Shown piece after piece: positions 32,723-43,415 of a stretch of 64,000 nt of DNA. The stretch comes from Candidatus Poribacteria bacterium (lineage in GTDB: Bacteria; Poribacteria; WGA-4E; JAJDTR01), in NCBI GenBank assembly GCA_965222225.1, contig CBDCTK010000002.1, forward strand, positions 2,656,001 to 2,720,000, written 5' to 3'. The notes beneath the pieces are model-generated. The model was not told where the DNA came from, searched no databases, and saw nothing but the letters and a program-made list of their open reading frames with translations. Numbering within the stretch: position 1 is the stretch's first letter; the number at the start of each line of letters is the position of its first letter. The position numbers and the translations under genes are program-made.

Positions 32723-35581
32723 TTAAAAATTCTGTGTCACGCGGAGGATTGACAAACGACCGATCTCCGGGACACCGACAAACTCCTGATGCTCGTTGTT
32801 CAGGAGGTTTTGGATTGTCAGTGACAGGCGGGTGTTGGGCGAGAACGGCAGATCGTAGCCGGCGCTCACGTCAATCGTCGTGTACCGCTCAACGGTGCCG
32901 TGGTAGACGCCGGAGTTGACCGGGAAGCCATCCACAAAGCGCATCCGCAATTGCGCCGCCAAATTGCTCAAACCGGCGTTCAGATATTCAACACTCACGC
33001 CGAATTTATTGCTGGGCGCGTTCAGCGCAACGTCGCGTAGGTTATCGACGTTCTCGAACAGGTTTTTGCTAACATAGGAGTAGTTCCCGCCGATGTTCCA
33101 GTTTTCGTTGAGGAAGTAGGCAAATTTGAAGTCCGCCCCGTTCAACGAGATGTCGCCGAAGTTACGGTAGGTTGCCGTTACGGCTACGGGGTCGTTAGCC
33201 TCTTTCGGGGAGACCGTGCCGAACGGTATTCCGGCTCCATTCGTGACGAAGAGTGCGGTCAATTCGTCGGCTGCGGAGCCGTTGCCGTTGCCGCCGGCTT
33301 GCGGGGAATCCAACAACGCGACCAAGGCACCGTTCAAAATAGCATTCTGCGGATTATCCAGCGCAGCCCCAAACTGCCTGCCCAAGAACGCGCCCAGCGT
33401 AGTGGGATCGAGGAACACATTCGGCGTCTCCGGGGTTACGGGTCCCACGAAGTCTCTAATCTTTGTATGGTAGGCGTCAACACCGATTAACAGTTTGTTG
33501 AACAGGGTTCCCTTGTAGCCGAGTTCAATGGTCTGGGTAATCGTCGGTTTCATCGGGTCAACATCGAAGGCATCGTCAACCGGAGTAAAATCGAACGTTT
33601 CCAAATCAAGAGACCGCATCACATTCTTGACATCGGTGACCTGCCGCGGCACGAGGGCATCGAACGCCTGAGATAGCGCTTGAATCTGAGCCGCCGGCAA
33701 GCCCTGCGCGGTCAATGCTGTGGTCGCTGTGGCGATCAACTCCGTCATCACCGCGCCGCGCGCGACCGTCCACATCACATTCGTGAATATCGGGTCGTCC
33801 AGGTCGATATAATCGTTTGGCGTGCGTTGGGCGAGCGGCGCAAACGGGGATCTAAACTGCGGACGACCATCCGCGCTGCGGCTGAAATGAAAACCTTCGA
33901 GACCGACGCCTTGCGCGCGGATATCAATGGCAGGACTGAAGGGGAGCACACCTTTGAATGCCGCTCCCAATCCGAACCCGTCTTCTGCCGCTCGAATATC
34001 AAGGAAAAGATTATTCGTGGTCGGCGTGGAGAAAGCGCGGTTGTAGGTGGCACGCAAGTTGTGCTCCGGAGTCGGCTTGAAAACCAACGCGGCACGCGGC
34101 GAGAAAACCGGGTCTTCGAGGCGGTTGTGGTTGTCCAATCGAGCCGCCGCGATAAACCTGAGTTGGTCTGTCAATTCGGTTTCCGATTGCAGATATAGAC
34201 CGATTTCATTGATTCCATCGTCGTCTTCATTGGCGCCGGTGATTGTCCCTTCCGTATCGGGACGGGTCAGTAACATGTCAACGCCGTAGGTTAAGCGTTC
34301 CCTAGCCCCCAACGAAAGCCCGTGTTGTAGCTGTGTGACGAACAAGCTTGATTTGTCGATTATATACGCCCCGTCCCGCAGCAGGAAGGTATCGCCGGCG
34401 TCGTTCGTATTCCAGAACGCCTGAGCGAAAAAGTCTTTGTAGAGCGCCCGAGCTTGCACGTAGCTGTAAGTCCAGTTATCGGCTTGACCCGCGCCTAAGC
34501 CGGTGAGTTCGATGTTGCTTGCTTGCGTGTAGCCGCCGTTAAAGATAGTCGTCAAGTCTTCGTTGACGCGGTAATCAACGCGGGCTTCACCTGCAATTTG
34601 TTGTATGTCGAAGTCCCGCGCGCCAATCTTTATCTCCTCTTCGGGCACACCTGCGTCAATCCTTTGCTGGCGCAGCTCTTCCTCAACAGGATCCGTAGAA
34701 TTCCAATCTTCGCCCTGCGTGTATCTCCCGGTAAGTTTGTATCCAATTTTATTGTTGAAACTGCCAGCGTGTCGGTAAGACCCCATCAACACGCCGCGTT
34801 CACCGGCGCCAAGGCTCACTCGCGTTCCTTCCGACCCAAACGGCGGTTTGGTGATTATATGAACCACACCGTTTGCGCTGTTGGGACCGTACAGCGCCGA
34901 GCCGGGTCCCGAGACCACTTCAACCTGCTCAATGTCATTTTGGGGCGTGGGGATAAAGTTGTAAGCGTTCACCCGCAAAGAGGGAACCCTTGCGATCCGA
35001 TTGTCAACGAGCGATAGCAGCGAGCCGGAGAAAACATTGCTGAATCCCCTTACCGTCACGTTGGATTGAGTAATTCCCGTGTTGAAAACATCTACCGCGG
35101 GAAGTGATTTGAAGTGTTCGGTCGTGGTTACGGCGACACGTGAATCTATTTGGGTATCATCCAGGACCGAAATAGCGGCTGGCGCATCAAGCACCTTTTC
35201 TTGGCGCCGTGAGGTTGTGACGGAAACTTGGTCGAGTTGGATGACTCTTGAGAATAGGGCGATTTCCGCCCACTTTGCCTCGTCGCTTTGAAGTTCAATG
35301 TTTGACACAACTTTATCCGCGTAACTCAGGGATGAGGCGCTAATGGAGTAGATGCCGGCGGGCAGATCCGCGAATTGAGAGGCGCCCATCGCGTCGCTTG
35401 TTCCCTCTTGCGAGTCGCCGGTTTGAGGGATGACGGTGATTGAGATTCTGTCGAGTTTCTCGCCGCTTTGGGCATCGGTGACCGTTACGTTCAAGGTCGC
35501 GGCGTGTGCCGTCGCCGAGGTCAGCGCCAAAACAGCGAAAATGGCAAATAAAATGCCACTCCGAATATTTAACTGGTTCAT
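32723..35581 (-). CDS. TonB-dependent outer-membrane receptor
   Basis: Signal peptide from ATG 35581 (AAGGAG), carboxypeptidase-regulatory-like domain, plug IEQVEVVSGPGSALYG..GVVHIITK, NLLN, terminal Phe. Confidence 0.93.
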   Translation of the reverse strand: MNQLNIRSGILFAIFAVLALTSATAHAATLNVTVTDAQSGEKLDRISITVIPQTGDSQEGTSDAMGASQFADLPAGIYSISASSLSYADKVVSNIELQSDEAKWAEIALFSRVIQLDQVSVTTSRRQEKVLDAPAAISVLDDTQIDSRVAVTTTEHFKSLPAVDVFNTGITQSNVTVRGFSNVFSGSLLSLVDNRIARVPSLRVNAYNFIPTPQNDIEQVEVVSGPGSALYGPNSANGVVHIITKPPFGSEGTRVSLGAGERGVLMGSYRHAGSFNNKIGYKLTGRYTQGEDWNSTDPVEEELRQQRIDAGVPEEEIKIGARDFDIQQIAGEARVDYRVNEDLTTIFNGGYTQASNIELTGLGAGQADNWTYSYVQARALYKDFFAQAFWNTNDAGDTFLLRDGAYIIDKSSLFVTQLQHGLSLGARERLTYGVDMLLTRPDTEGTITGANEDDDGINEIGLYLQSETELTDQLRFIAAARLDNHNRLEDPVFSPRAALVFKPTPEHNLRATYNRAFSTPTTNNLFLDIRAAEDGFGLGAAFKGVLPFSPAIDIRAQGVGLEGFHFSRSADGRPQFRSPFAPLAQRTPNDYIDLDDPIFTNVMWTVARGAVMTELIATATTALTAQGLPAAQIQALSQAFDALVPRQVTDVKNVMRSLDLETFDFTPVDDAFDVDPMKPTITQTIELGYKGTLFNKLLIGVDAYHTKIRDFVGPVTPETPNVFLDPTTLGAFLGRQFGAALDNPQNAILNGALVALLDSPQAGGNGNGSAADELTALFVTNGAGIPFGTVSPKEANDPVAVTATYRNFGDISLNGADFKFAYFLNENWNIGGNYSYVSKNLFENVDNLRDVALNAPSNKFGVSVEYLNAGLSNLAAQLRMRFVDGFPVNSGVYHGTVERYTTIDVSAGYDLPFSPNTRLSLTIQNLLNNEHQEFVGVPEIGRLSILRVTQNF

Positions 35582-35739
35582 TGTATTTTCTCCTTTATTG
35601 AGGATATATCGTTGTTGGTCCCCGTCTTGGGGACGGGCACCGAGGGAATCGAAAGGTTCAAAAATGGTGGGCGGTGCCCACCCTACAATTCTTTTCGAAT
35701 ACGGATTCTGCGGAAGTTGTTGGTAAGTTCTGCTCAATC

Positions 35740-36093
35740 TTAGGAAGGGTTAATCATATAGTCGATACTGAACCATAGGCTACGAGAATAACGGAAGAAG
35801 AGGGCAGGGAAGAGACCGCTGAAAACAATCCACAAAATGAAGTTTTGGAGAAAAGAGATGGGAGTCAGGTAATCCAACGCGAAATAGCCGCCAAATGCGA
35901 TAACGACGGTGGCGCCGTAATTGACGTACATTGCGCCGACAAAGTAGCCGGGTTCGCGCTCAAATTTGAAGCGGCAGTTGGAGCAATCTAGGTTCATTTT
36001 GAACATGCCGGCGCAAATATCACCTTTGCCACATCGCGGGCACTTTAGGCGCAAGCCCTGCATAAGAATTCGACGTTTGCTGAGTTTCGGCAT
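35740..36093 (-). CDS. DUF983-like membrane protein
   Basis: CPRCGKG...CSNC, EREPGYFVGAMYVNY, two hydrophobic helices. Confidence 0.85.
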   Translation of the reverse strand: MPKLSKRRILMQGLRLKCPRCGKGDICAGMFKMNLDCSNCRFKFEREPGYFVGAMYVNYGATVVIAFGGYFALDYLTPISFLQNFILWIVFSGLFPALFFRYSRSLWFSIDYMINPS

Positions 36094-36207
36094 CTCGTAT
36101 TCTCGATCCCTGAACCCGGGACTTCAAAATGCGCAGACACGCATTATATAACAAGATTCTAGCATAGCTAACGAGTCGTGTCAACGATGTTTTGGATTTT
36201 GGACGGC

Positions 36208-36622
36208 GATCAAGCGACTGAATAAGGAGTGCGATAGTAAATCCCTCAAGCGACTGATTAGGGAGCGATCAAAGGAATGAATAATGACTGCGATAGAGTT
36301 CCCATGGTAAATCCCTCAAGCGACCAATCAACTGAACGAATAGCGAATGCGATAGCAACTCTTACAAGTCGGGAATCGGAACGGATCTCTATCGCCCTGA
36401 GAGATCTATCGCATTCGCTCATTTGATTTATGCGGTCGGTTGATCGGTTTCTTCGTTGGATCTTCGTGGATTCTGTAGGAGCGATCTCCGAATCGCGAAC
36501 ATCACCGAATTGCGCCGAATTGGGAATCGGAACGAATCTCTATCGCAGTCGCTGTCCGCTCCCTTGATCCCTCACTATCCGATCGGTTGATCGTTATCCA
36601 CTCGATTGATCTCATTTGATCG
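36208..36622. repeat. Dense cluster of the 30-nt tandem-GA hairpin repeat (representative locus)
   Basis: GATCAA-NN-GA-NN-GRATA-NN-GA-NN-GCGATAG, full, truncated and nested. Other loci near 5560-5630, 11010-11095, 12925-12980, 15173, 25912-25960, 27433-27495, 31375-31440, 38050-38180, 46223, 46384, 46812, 48126-48190, 49822-51935, 52840-52980, 53390-53680, 57305-57380, 61238, 62270-62360. Confidence 0.92.
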
Positions 36623-36805
36623 TTCAACCCAACCTACATGGCTGCCCTTTCGCTTGACGGGGAGATCCACCGCTCATAGAATAGACGTCATCCTTCCCGA
36701 GCTAACCCAATGCTTAGAAAGGAGAGCGGAAGATACCTCAACGACGAGCAGACGATAAGCAGACTTAACGACAATGGCTAGTTCTGAATGAGGGGGGCAC
36801 ACCAA

Positions 36806-37777
36806 ATGTCTAGCAAGATGCGAAGGATTCGCTGGATTGACGAGCAGATCCGAGCGAACCGATATCCAAACGCTCATAAAGTCAAGGAGAAGTTTGAACT
36901 CCGCAGCACTCGGATCGTCTACGAAGACAGGAGCTATATGGTAAATGAACTTCATGCGCCTATCAAATATAGCAGAAACAAAGAGGGATGGTATTACACG
37001 GTCCCAACCTATTTTCTTCCGGCAATAATGCTGAAGAGGGAGGAGGTCGCCGCTTTTTTCTTGGGAGAGGAGTTATTCAAGCGCTATCTGGGCACCCCCT
37101 TTGAGACGCCGCTCCGGCTCGCACTCGAAAAGATAACACAGCATTTGCCGGAGCATGTAGGCGACGCCGCGCAACGGGACAATTCCGCGTTTGCTTTCAC
37201 GGGCGGCAGCAGAGCGATAATCGATCCTGAACTATTGATAGAACTCAACGAGGCTATCCTTTCAAAACGTTCGGTTGAAATGGAGTATTATTCGGCAAGC
37301 AGCGGTCAAACGAACACGCGCACGGTTGATCCGTATCACCTCCATAACATTCACGGCGACTGGTATCTAATCGCCTATTGCCACACACGACGCGAGCCTC
37401 GCGATTTTCTTATCAGCCGCATCAGATCGCATAAACGCCTACTATCTACGTTCCAGATACTCCCGAGTTTTTCTCTTGATGGCTACTTGGCTAAAGGATT
37501 CCTCGCCGAGCGGGCGGTAGAGCCCGATGATGTTGTGATAAAGTTTGACGAGTATCAGGCGCGTTGGATAAGGGAACGGCTATGGCACTCAAGTCAGCAG
37601 GTGGAGGAGTTGCCGTCCGGTGGATTGATATTTCGCCTGAGAGTCGGTGGATTGGGCGAAGTAAAGCGGTGGGTCATGGGATATGGAACGCATGCGGAAG
37701 TTCTTGAGCCTGAAAGCCTTCGCCGTGAAATCGGGGACGAAGTGAAAAAAATGGCGGAAATCTACGATAAAAAGTAG
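36806..37777 (+). CDS. WYL-domain (HTH-WYL-WCX) transcriptional regulator adjacent to the cas operon
   Basis: RTVDPYHL..IHGDWYLIAYC...RDFLISRI; EVKRWVMGYGTHAEVLEPESLR; start chosen from GAGGGG RBS. Confidence 0.93.
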   Translation: MSSKMRRIRWIDEQIRANRYPNAHKVKEKFELRSTRIVYEDRSYMVNELHAPIKYSRNKEGWYYTVPTYFLPAIMLKREEVAAFFLGEELFKRYLGTPFETPLRLALEKITQHLPEHVGDAAQRDNSAFAFTGGSRAIIDPELLIELNEAILSKRSVEMEYYSASSGQTNTRTVDPYHLHNIHGDWYLIAYCHTRREPRDFLISRIRSHKRLLSTFQILPSFSLDGYLAKGFLAERAVEPDDVVIKFDEYQARWIRERLWHSSQQVEELPSGGLIFRLRVGGLGEVKRWVMGYGTHAEVLEPESLRREIGDEVKKMAEIYDKK

Positions 37778-38225
37778 AGTGCGTATATATTGCACTCTGG
37801 GATGGTATAATAGCGGGAGATTGAGTCAAGAAACGAGTTTTTTGGAAGACCTCGGTTTCTTCGGTATTCGCTTGTCTGTTTCTCGGTAAAATTGTATCGG
37901 TGGAGAGTTGGATTTCGGATATATGAAGCAAAACGAGAACCTCGAATGCAATCCGAATTCTAGGCTTTATTCGTAATTTTCAGTTCAACCCAACCTACGG
38001 CATGATGCAGTTTTTCTTATTATTTCACTTCACACGGATAGCGATCAGGATTTACTATGGGAGTTCTATCAAGACTTTCTATCGGGATTTACTATCGCAC
38101 TCATTAGCCATTCGCTTGATCCCTCATTATCCACTCGGTTGAGGGATTTGCTATCGCGCTCCCTATCCGGTCGCTTGATCGCGGATGAAAAGCAGGCAAT
38201 TTGATTTTCGATCGAGGATAAAATA

Positions 38226-39164
38226 ATGACACAACTTCAAAACTTTCGACTGGCGCGCTACCGACTGACGCTGACGGCGTTGTCAACGATTACGATGCCG
38301 CCTTACGCCGGCTCGACGCTGCGGGGCGGGTTCGGTCATGCCTTCCGAAAGATGGTGTGCACTCAGGGACCAATCGACTGCCGGGACTGCACGCTCAACG
38401 CGGTCTGCCCCTATCCGTACATCTTCGAGACGGCGCCGTTTGAGGGGGCGCAGCAGTTGCGAACCTACGGCGATGTGCCGAGACCGTTTGTCATTGATCC
38501 GTTGGATACGCGGGGCGAATACCGCAGAGGCGAATCGTTCTCGTTTCAACTCACGCTCATCGGGCGCGCTATCGATTATCTCCCCTATTTTTTGGTTAGC
38601 TTCCGCGAACTGGGGGAAATGGGGATTGGCAAGGGACGCGGGCGATTCCAGTTGGCGCATGTCCGCACGGATGACGGGGAATCAATCTACGACGGCGATA
38701 CGCAGATGGTGCACAATCTCGATAACGCTCGGAGTTTCGACGATATCCAACGGGAAACGGAATCACAAAAGACGGACGAGTTGACGCTGCGGCTGCTCAC
38801 GCCGACACGCATCACGCACGAAGGGGCGCTGACGGATCAACTGCCGTTTCACGTGTTCTGGCGTAGGCTCATCGGACGGATCTCGGCGTTGGCGTATTTC
38901 CACTGCGGCGAATCGTTGGAGATGGATTTCAAGGGGCTAATCGAAAAGGCGACGAGTGTCGAGATGACGGATTCGACGCTGCGCTGGAAGGATTGGACGC
39001 GGTATTCGTCTCGGCAGGACCGGAAGATGCAGCTCGGGGGGTTGGTGGGGCACGCCACGTATGCCGGGGATTTGGAGGCGTTCGTTCCGTTCGCGGCGTT
39101 GGGCGCGTATCTGCATGTGGGGAAGAATGCGACGTTTGGGTTGGGGAAGTATAGGGTGGAGTGA
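38226..39164 (+). CDS. cas6: CRISPR pre-crRNA endoribonuclease Cas6
   Basis: GSTLRGGFG, CxxC..C, PRPFV, WTRYSSRQ, G-rich loop HVGKNATFGLGKY. Confidence 0.95.
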   Translation: MTQLQNFRLARYRLTLTALSTITMPPYAGSTLRGGFGHAFRKMVCTQGPIDCRDCTLNAVCPYPYIFETAPFEGAQQLRTYGDVPRPFVIDPLDTRGEYRRGESFSFQLTLIGRAIDYLPYFLVSFRELGEMGIGKGRGRFQLAHVRTDDGESIYDGDTQMVHNLDNARSFDDIQRETESQKTDELTLRLLTPTRITHEGALTDQLPFHVFWRRLIGRISALAYFHCGESLEMDFKGLIEKATSVEMTDSTLRWKDWTRYSSRQDRKMQLGGLVGHATYAGDLEAFVPFAALGAYLHVGKNATFGLGKYRVE

Positions 39165-39173
39165 GGTTTTGTA

Positions 39174-41615
39174 ATGTCTAATTTTGAGAGAGACGAACAG
39201 TATTGGGATAGCCACTTTAAGAACATGTTTGGCGAAGTATTTGTTCCCTTTGAGTTTCAACGCAAGGTAGCAGAACATCTTCTAAGCGGACGAAATGTGA
39301 TTTTACAAGCCCCAACAGGAGCTGGCAAAACGAAAGCCGCTTTGTTTCCGTACTTGTTGGCTCAACAGGAAAATATACAATTTCCTCGAAAGTTGATTTA
39401 CACTACTCCTATGCGAGTCTTGGCAAAGAACTTTCACACCGATTTCAAAGAATCACCAATAGGGCAACAGACGTGCCTCAAAGCGGAAATCCAGACGGGT
39501 GAAAATCAAGATGACCGTCAATTTCGTAGCGACCTGATTTTCACGACTATCGATCAGGTGTTGAGTAGTTTTCTTAACATCCCGTACGCGCTGGGGTTGC
39601 GTCAAGGTAACGTCAACGCTGGCGCAGTCGTCGGCGCGTATTTAGTTTTTGATGAATTTCACTTATTCGATCCTGATACCTCGTTGGGAACTGTGATTGA
39701 AATCCTGAAGATGCTCAACGGTATCACGCCGTTTTTACTAATGACTGCCACTTTTTCAGAGGTGCTTCTTGAGCGTTTGAGCGAATACTTTAACGCGGAA
39801 ATCGTGCCAGTGACAGAGGCTGAACTTAAACAAATCCCTTCTCAGCAAGGAAAACGCCGTGAGTATCGGGTTAGCGGGGGAACACTTTCGGAGAACGTAG
39901 ACACGATTATTGCGCAACATCAACAACGCAGTATCATTATCTGCAATACGGTGAAACGGGCTCAGAATATGTTTCAATCACTGCAGAGCAGTTCGCAGCG
40001 AGGTACTGATACGGAAGTATTACTTTTACACTCCCGTTTTCTGAAGGAACACCGAAAAGCCAAAGAGGACATGATACGCTGTCGTTTCAAACGAGACGCG
40101 GGACTCGACGATGTAATTTTGGTTGCGACGCAAGTGATTGAAGTTGGGCTAGACATTAGCTGTGAGAATCTGCACACAGAACTGGCTCCCGCAAGCGCAA
40201 TTTTACAGCGCGCGGGGCGGTGCGCGCGGTTTGAAAACGAATCTGGAACAGTGACAATCTATCCTATTCCACCTACGACCAACGGTTCACCAAATTATGC
40301 CCCTTATGATAAAGAAACTTGTGAAGCCACGATGGCGGCATTTCAACACCGAAACGGAGGTGTGCTAGGCTTTGTAGCAGAGCAAGAGGTTGTCAACGAA
40401 GTCCACCGCGAAAGCGATGAAAAAATTTTGGCAGGTATTGAGACACGCCCAATACGCAGTCGTATATCAGAAGCGATTTCTGGACAGGAACTAGGTCTTG
40501 CCCGTGAATTGATTCGCAAGGATGACTCGCGTATGTTGCTCGTACATGATGAACCCGAAACACTTGATAAGCCGTTTCGCGTTGAAGGTTTCAGCCTATA
40601 TCGCGGCACACTGTTTGGAGTGTGGGATGAGCTTCAACAGGCGGCGCAAGAAAAGGAGCTGGGTTGGTCTCTGAAGTATCCTAAGGAAATGGAAGACAAC
40701 TCGCCAAACAGTCGTACTACCATTGCCTATGAGTGGCATGAGGCAAAAGAAAAGAAAGACTTAGGTATTTCTCCACTGTTTGTAGTGCATCCAAAACTGG
40801 TTAAATACAATACCGAGATAGGTTTCTGTCTTGAAGCAGGGACGACACCTTGTCCACTAAGCGTACCTGACGATGAAACCACGCAAGAAGCTGACTGGGG
40901 CAAAGGCTACTATCGCGAGACATACACCGAACATATCCAACACCTGTTGAATGCATATCAATCTGGTCTAGCGACTGAACTAGATTACGCCGCCGCGCGG
41001 CTTGAACAGAAGTTGGAGGCATCTGAAGGCGCCGTCGATCGGGCAGTAAGGCTCTGCATTGCCCTCCATGATGTCGGGAAACTGACGGTTGGTTGGCAAG
41101 AATGGGCGCACAAATGGCAAAAAGAAATTGGTGAACCTGTCGATGAAAATTACATGGCGGCGCATACCGATTATGACCGTAGCAATCTTGCCATACGCGA
41201 AATAGAAAAGCAATTCCGCGTCAAAGTCAAACGGCCAGGACATGCTGTTGAAAGTGTTTGGGCGGTTGCACCACTGCTAGCAAGAGTCTTAGGCAAAGAA
41301 CAGAAAAATTTGGCGGAAGCCTGTTTCACTGCTATTGGACGACACCATGCACCGCGCGCAAAGGACTGTTCACCCTACACCCTGCACCCTTATGCGCCAT
41401 CTGAGATCGAAACGGTTCTAAAGAAGATAGGAAGTTTAGGGCAGGAGACTCAACGACACTTCGAATCCATCTGTAAGCACAAGGAACCTACAAAGCCTTT
41501 TTCCCATTTTGTCCAGCCGTCTAACACGCTTGCACTACTAACCTATTTCCTGATTGTGCGCGCTCTACGGCTTGCTGACCAAGAAGCAACCTCAAAAGTT
41601 AGCAGAAGGGAGTAA
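39174..41615 (+). CDS. cas3: Cas3 helicase with C-terminal HD nuclease
   Basis: APTGAGKT, DEFH, TAT, HSRF, TQVIEVGLDIS, QRAGRCAR; C-terminal EH, HDVGK, H, HH, LADQ. Confidence 0.94.
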   Translation: MSNFERDEQYWDSHFKNMFGEVFVPFEFQRKVAEHLLSGRNVILQAPTGAGKTKAALFPYLLAQQENIQFPRKLIYTTPMRVLAKNFHTDFKESPIGQQTCLKAEIQTGENQDDRQFRSDLIFTTIDQVLSSFLNIPYALGLRQGNVNAGAVVGAYLVFDEFHLFDPDTSLGTVIEILKMLNGITPFLLMTATFSEVLLERLSEYFNAEIVPVTEAELKQIPSQQGKRREYRVSGGTLSENVDTIIAQHQQRSIIICNTVKRAQNMFQSLQSSSQRGTDTEVLLLHSRFLKEHRKAKEDMIRCRFKRDAGLDDVILVATQVIEVGLDISCENLHTELAPASAILQRAGRCARFENESGTVTIYPIPPTTNGSPNYAPYDKETCEATMAAFQHRNGGVLGFVAEQEVVNEVHRESDEKILAGIETRPIRSRISEAISGQELGLARELIRKDDSRMLLVHDEPETLDKPFRVEGFSLYRGTLFGVWDELQQAAQEKELGWSLKYPKEMEDNSPNSRTTIAYEWHEAKEKKDLGISPLFVVHPKLVKYNTEIGFCLEAGTTPCPLSVPDDETTQEADWGKGYYRETYTEHIQHLLNAYQSGLATELDYAAARLEQKLEASEGAVDRAVRLCIALHDVGKLTVGWQEWAHKWQKEIGEPVDENYMAAHTDYDRSNLAIREIEKQFRVKVKRPGHAVESVWAVAPLLARVLGKEQKNLAEACFTAIGRHHAPRAKDCSPYTLHPYAPSEIETVLKKIGSLGQETQRHFESICKHKEPTKPFSHFVQPSNTLALLTYFLIVRALRLADQEATSKVSRRE

Positions 41616-41621
41616 AAACCG

Positions 41622-43415
41622 ATGTACCAACAGACTTATTTCGTTGATAAGCCGACAGGCACATTTGCCGATGTTTGTTCAGCTTTCGGATTGGCAACTG
41701 TCCTAGACGAATTCTTACGACGTGCTCTCGGTGAACACAGTTTTCGCACTGTCAAAATAATGGATCAGGGGACGACGTACGCGATTGAACTCACCCCCAT
41801 AATGCAAGAAGAATGGGTCGAAAGTCCAAATTTCTTTTCCCCTATTCCCTTCATCAAGACAGGGAAAAATAGTGCAACGATGCCAGAGGAAATTTACAAG
41901 ATTGAATACGACGAAGAGAAACAGATTTACGATGAATATAGAGAAGCCCGTCGAATTCTGGGGCAAACGATTCATCGCGGCGGAAGCGAGAGCCAAGGCG
42001 ATGCCGCTTTACCGGACAAACCAAAACCCAACTATCCGGTTTGGCAGAAAATCAACATGATGTCGGGGATCAGTTCTTACAATGCTGCTGTGGGCAACTG
42101 GTTTGAAGCTCGTGGGGAATTCGCAGAGCTTCTCCATCTTCTTCTTGCACTTCACGCCACCACGCCTAATCCGGTTTCAGCCTGTGAGCAAGAATGGAAA
42201 AAACTCAAAAAGGCGGGGAATCTTTCTGGAAAAGACCGCTTGAATATGCTGCAAATATTCAACCCGAGTACCGGAAAAGGCCAAAACGCCACAAAAGCAA
42301 ACAGCTTGTCGATGGGTAACGTAAGCAACTTTTGGTTGTGCGAATACATAAAGATGGTCGGTTTCTACCGTTGCGCGTTACCACGATTCGTGTCAGTGAA
42401 ACCTGGCCAGCCACCGACGGACCGAAAAACCTTCGCATTAGCGCCTATCAACATGACACTTGCGGCGCACAACGACATTTTCAATAGCTTCCGTGACACA
42501 GTGAGAAGCAATTACGCAATAAAGTCTGACATCTTTGCGGCGCTCAACTACACACAATGCTTTCTGAAATACTCCGAAGAAGCTCAGGAATCTGATGACT
42601 TATGGGGTGACGGTCCCCATGACTTTGTCGCAGGAATGCACACCGCCTTTTATAAAGATCTCGGCAACTCGTCCGCCGTGATGAACCTTTCCTTTATCAA
42701 TCTACCACGCTGGATGAACGTTCAAGATATAGATGATGTGCAGATATACCGCGAGATGATAGCGGAACACCTGCAAATCATAGGAAGTTTAGAAGAGGAA
42801 CGGAGTGAAGGCTTTCAACTGCTCCAACACTATCGGGACTTCCTATCCGGTCACGATTTCACGGCGTTCTTTGAGTTCACAGCGAAATACCCAAACTACC
42901 TGCTTAATGCCTTAGCGAAGGAACATTTCTGGGTTAAGCCGTTGAGCGCAACTAATTTGAGGAGGTTACTCATGAGAAACGAAAAAAAACTCACGCCAAT
43001 TATCAAAAGCGAGGGTTTTCAAAATATCGCTAGAGCCATCCGCCAAAGCACCGTGACGCTACAGTATATGGCGAGAAGCGGAAACCCCCCGTATGACATT
43101 CGATATGGACTCGGACAAGAATTGCGACGCAAGGCGAACTATCCGGACGAGTTCATTCAGGAATTAGGTGATTTTCTACACTCTTTCAACGCGGAAAATG
43201 CCCGCGTAGCGGAAGTTTCATCCGAAAGGGACCGGCGGTTCCGGCGGAAAAGCGTCCGTGTAGATGACATCACCGAAATCGTTCAATTGATTGATGAACA
43301 CGGGGCCCAAACCGTCTGTCATTTGCTGCTAGCTTTCGGATACGCTTCTACCAGCCACGATGAGGCGCCGACAGACGATGCCACCTCCCACACCCAACAA
43401 GGAGAAGGAAAATGA
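41622..43415 (+). CDS. cas8: Type I Cascade large subunit (Cas8-like)
   Basis: 597 aa between cas3 and cas7, NPSTGKGQN motif; assignment mainly positional. Confidence 0.75.
   Translation: MYQQTYFVDKPTGTFADVCSAFGLATVLDEFLRRALGEHSFRTVKIMDQGTTYAIELTPIMQEEWVESPNFFSPIPFIKTGKNSATMPEEIYKIEYDEEKQIYDEYREARRILGQTIHRGGSESQGDAALPDKPKPNYPVWQKINMMSGISSYNAAVGNWFEARGEFAELLHLLLALHATTPNPVSACEQEWKKLKKAGNLSGKDRLNMLQIFNPSTGKGQNATKANSLSMGNVSNFWLCEYIKMVGFYRCALPRFVSVKPGQPPTDRKTFALAPINMTLAAHNDIFNSFRDTVRSNYAIKSDIFAALNYTQCFLKYSEEAQESDDLWGDGPHDFVAGMHTAFYKDLGNSSAVMNLSFINLPRWMNVQDIDDVQIYREMIAEHLQIIGSLEEERSEGFQLLQHYRDFLSGHDFTAFFEFTAKYPNYLLNALAKEHFWVKPLSATNLRRLLMRNEKKLTPIIKSEGFQNIARAIRQSTVTLQYMARSGNPPYDIRYGLGQELRRKANYPDEFIQELGDFLHSFNAENARVAEVSSERDRRFRRKSVRVDDITEIVQLIDEHGAQTVCHLLLAFGYASTSHDEAPTDDATSHTQQGEGK
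42972..43415 (+). CDS. cas11: Putative internally translated small subunit (Cas11-like), 147 aa
   Basis: GGAGG at 42961-42965, 6 nt before an in-frame ATG inside cas8; helical-looking C-terminal domain. Confidence 0.65.
   Translation: MRNEKKLTPIIKSEGFQNIARAIRQSTVTLQYMARSGNPPYDIRYGLGQELRRKANYPDEFIQELGDFLHSFNAENARVAEVSSERDRRFRRKSVRVDDITEIVQLIDEHGAQTVCHLLLAFGYASTSHDEAPTDDATSHTQQGEGK

Noticed and set aside
36208-36622. Hairpin repeat as a coding peptide repeat (IALAIRSLD-like frame) or DGR variable region
   Set aside because: Copies are intergenic or disrupt genes. Variation is explained by base-pair covariation, is not adenine-specific, and no reverse transcriptase is in the window.
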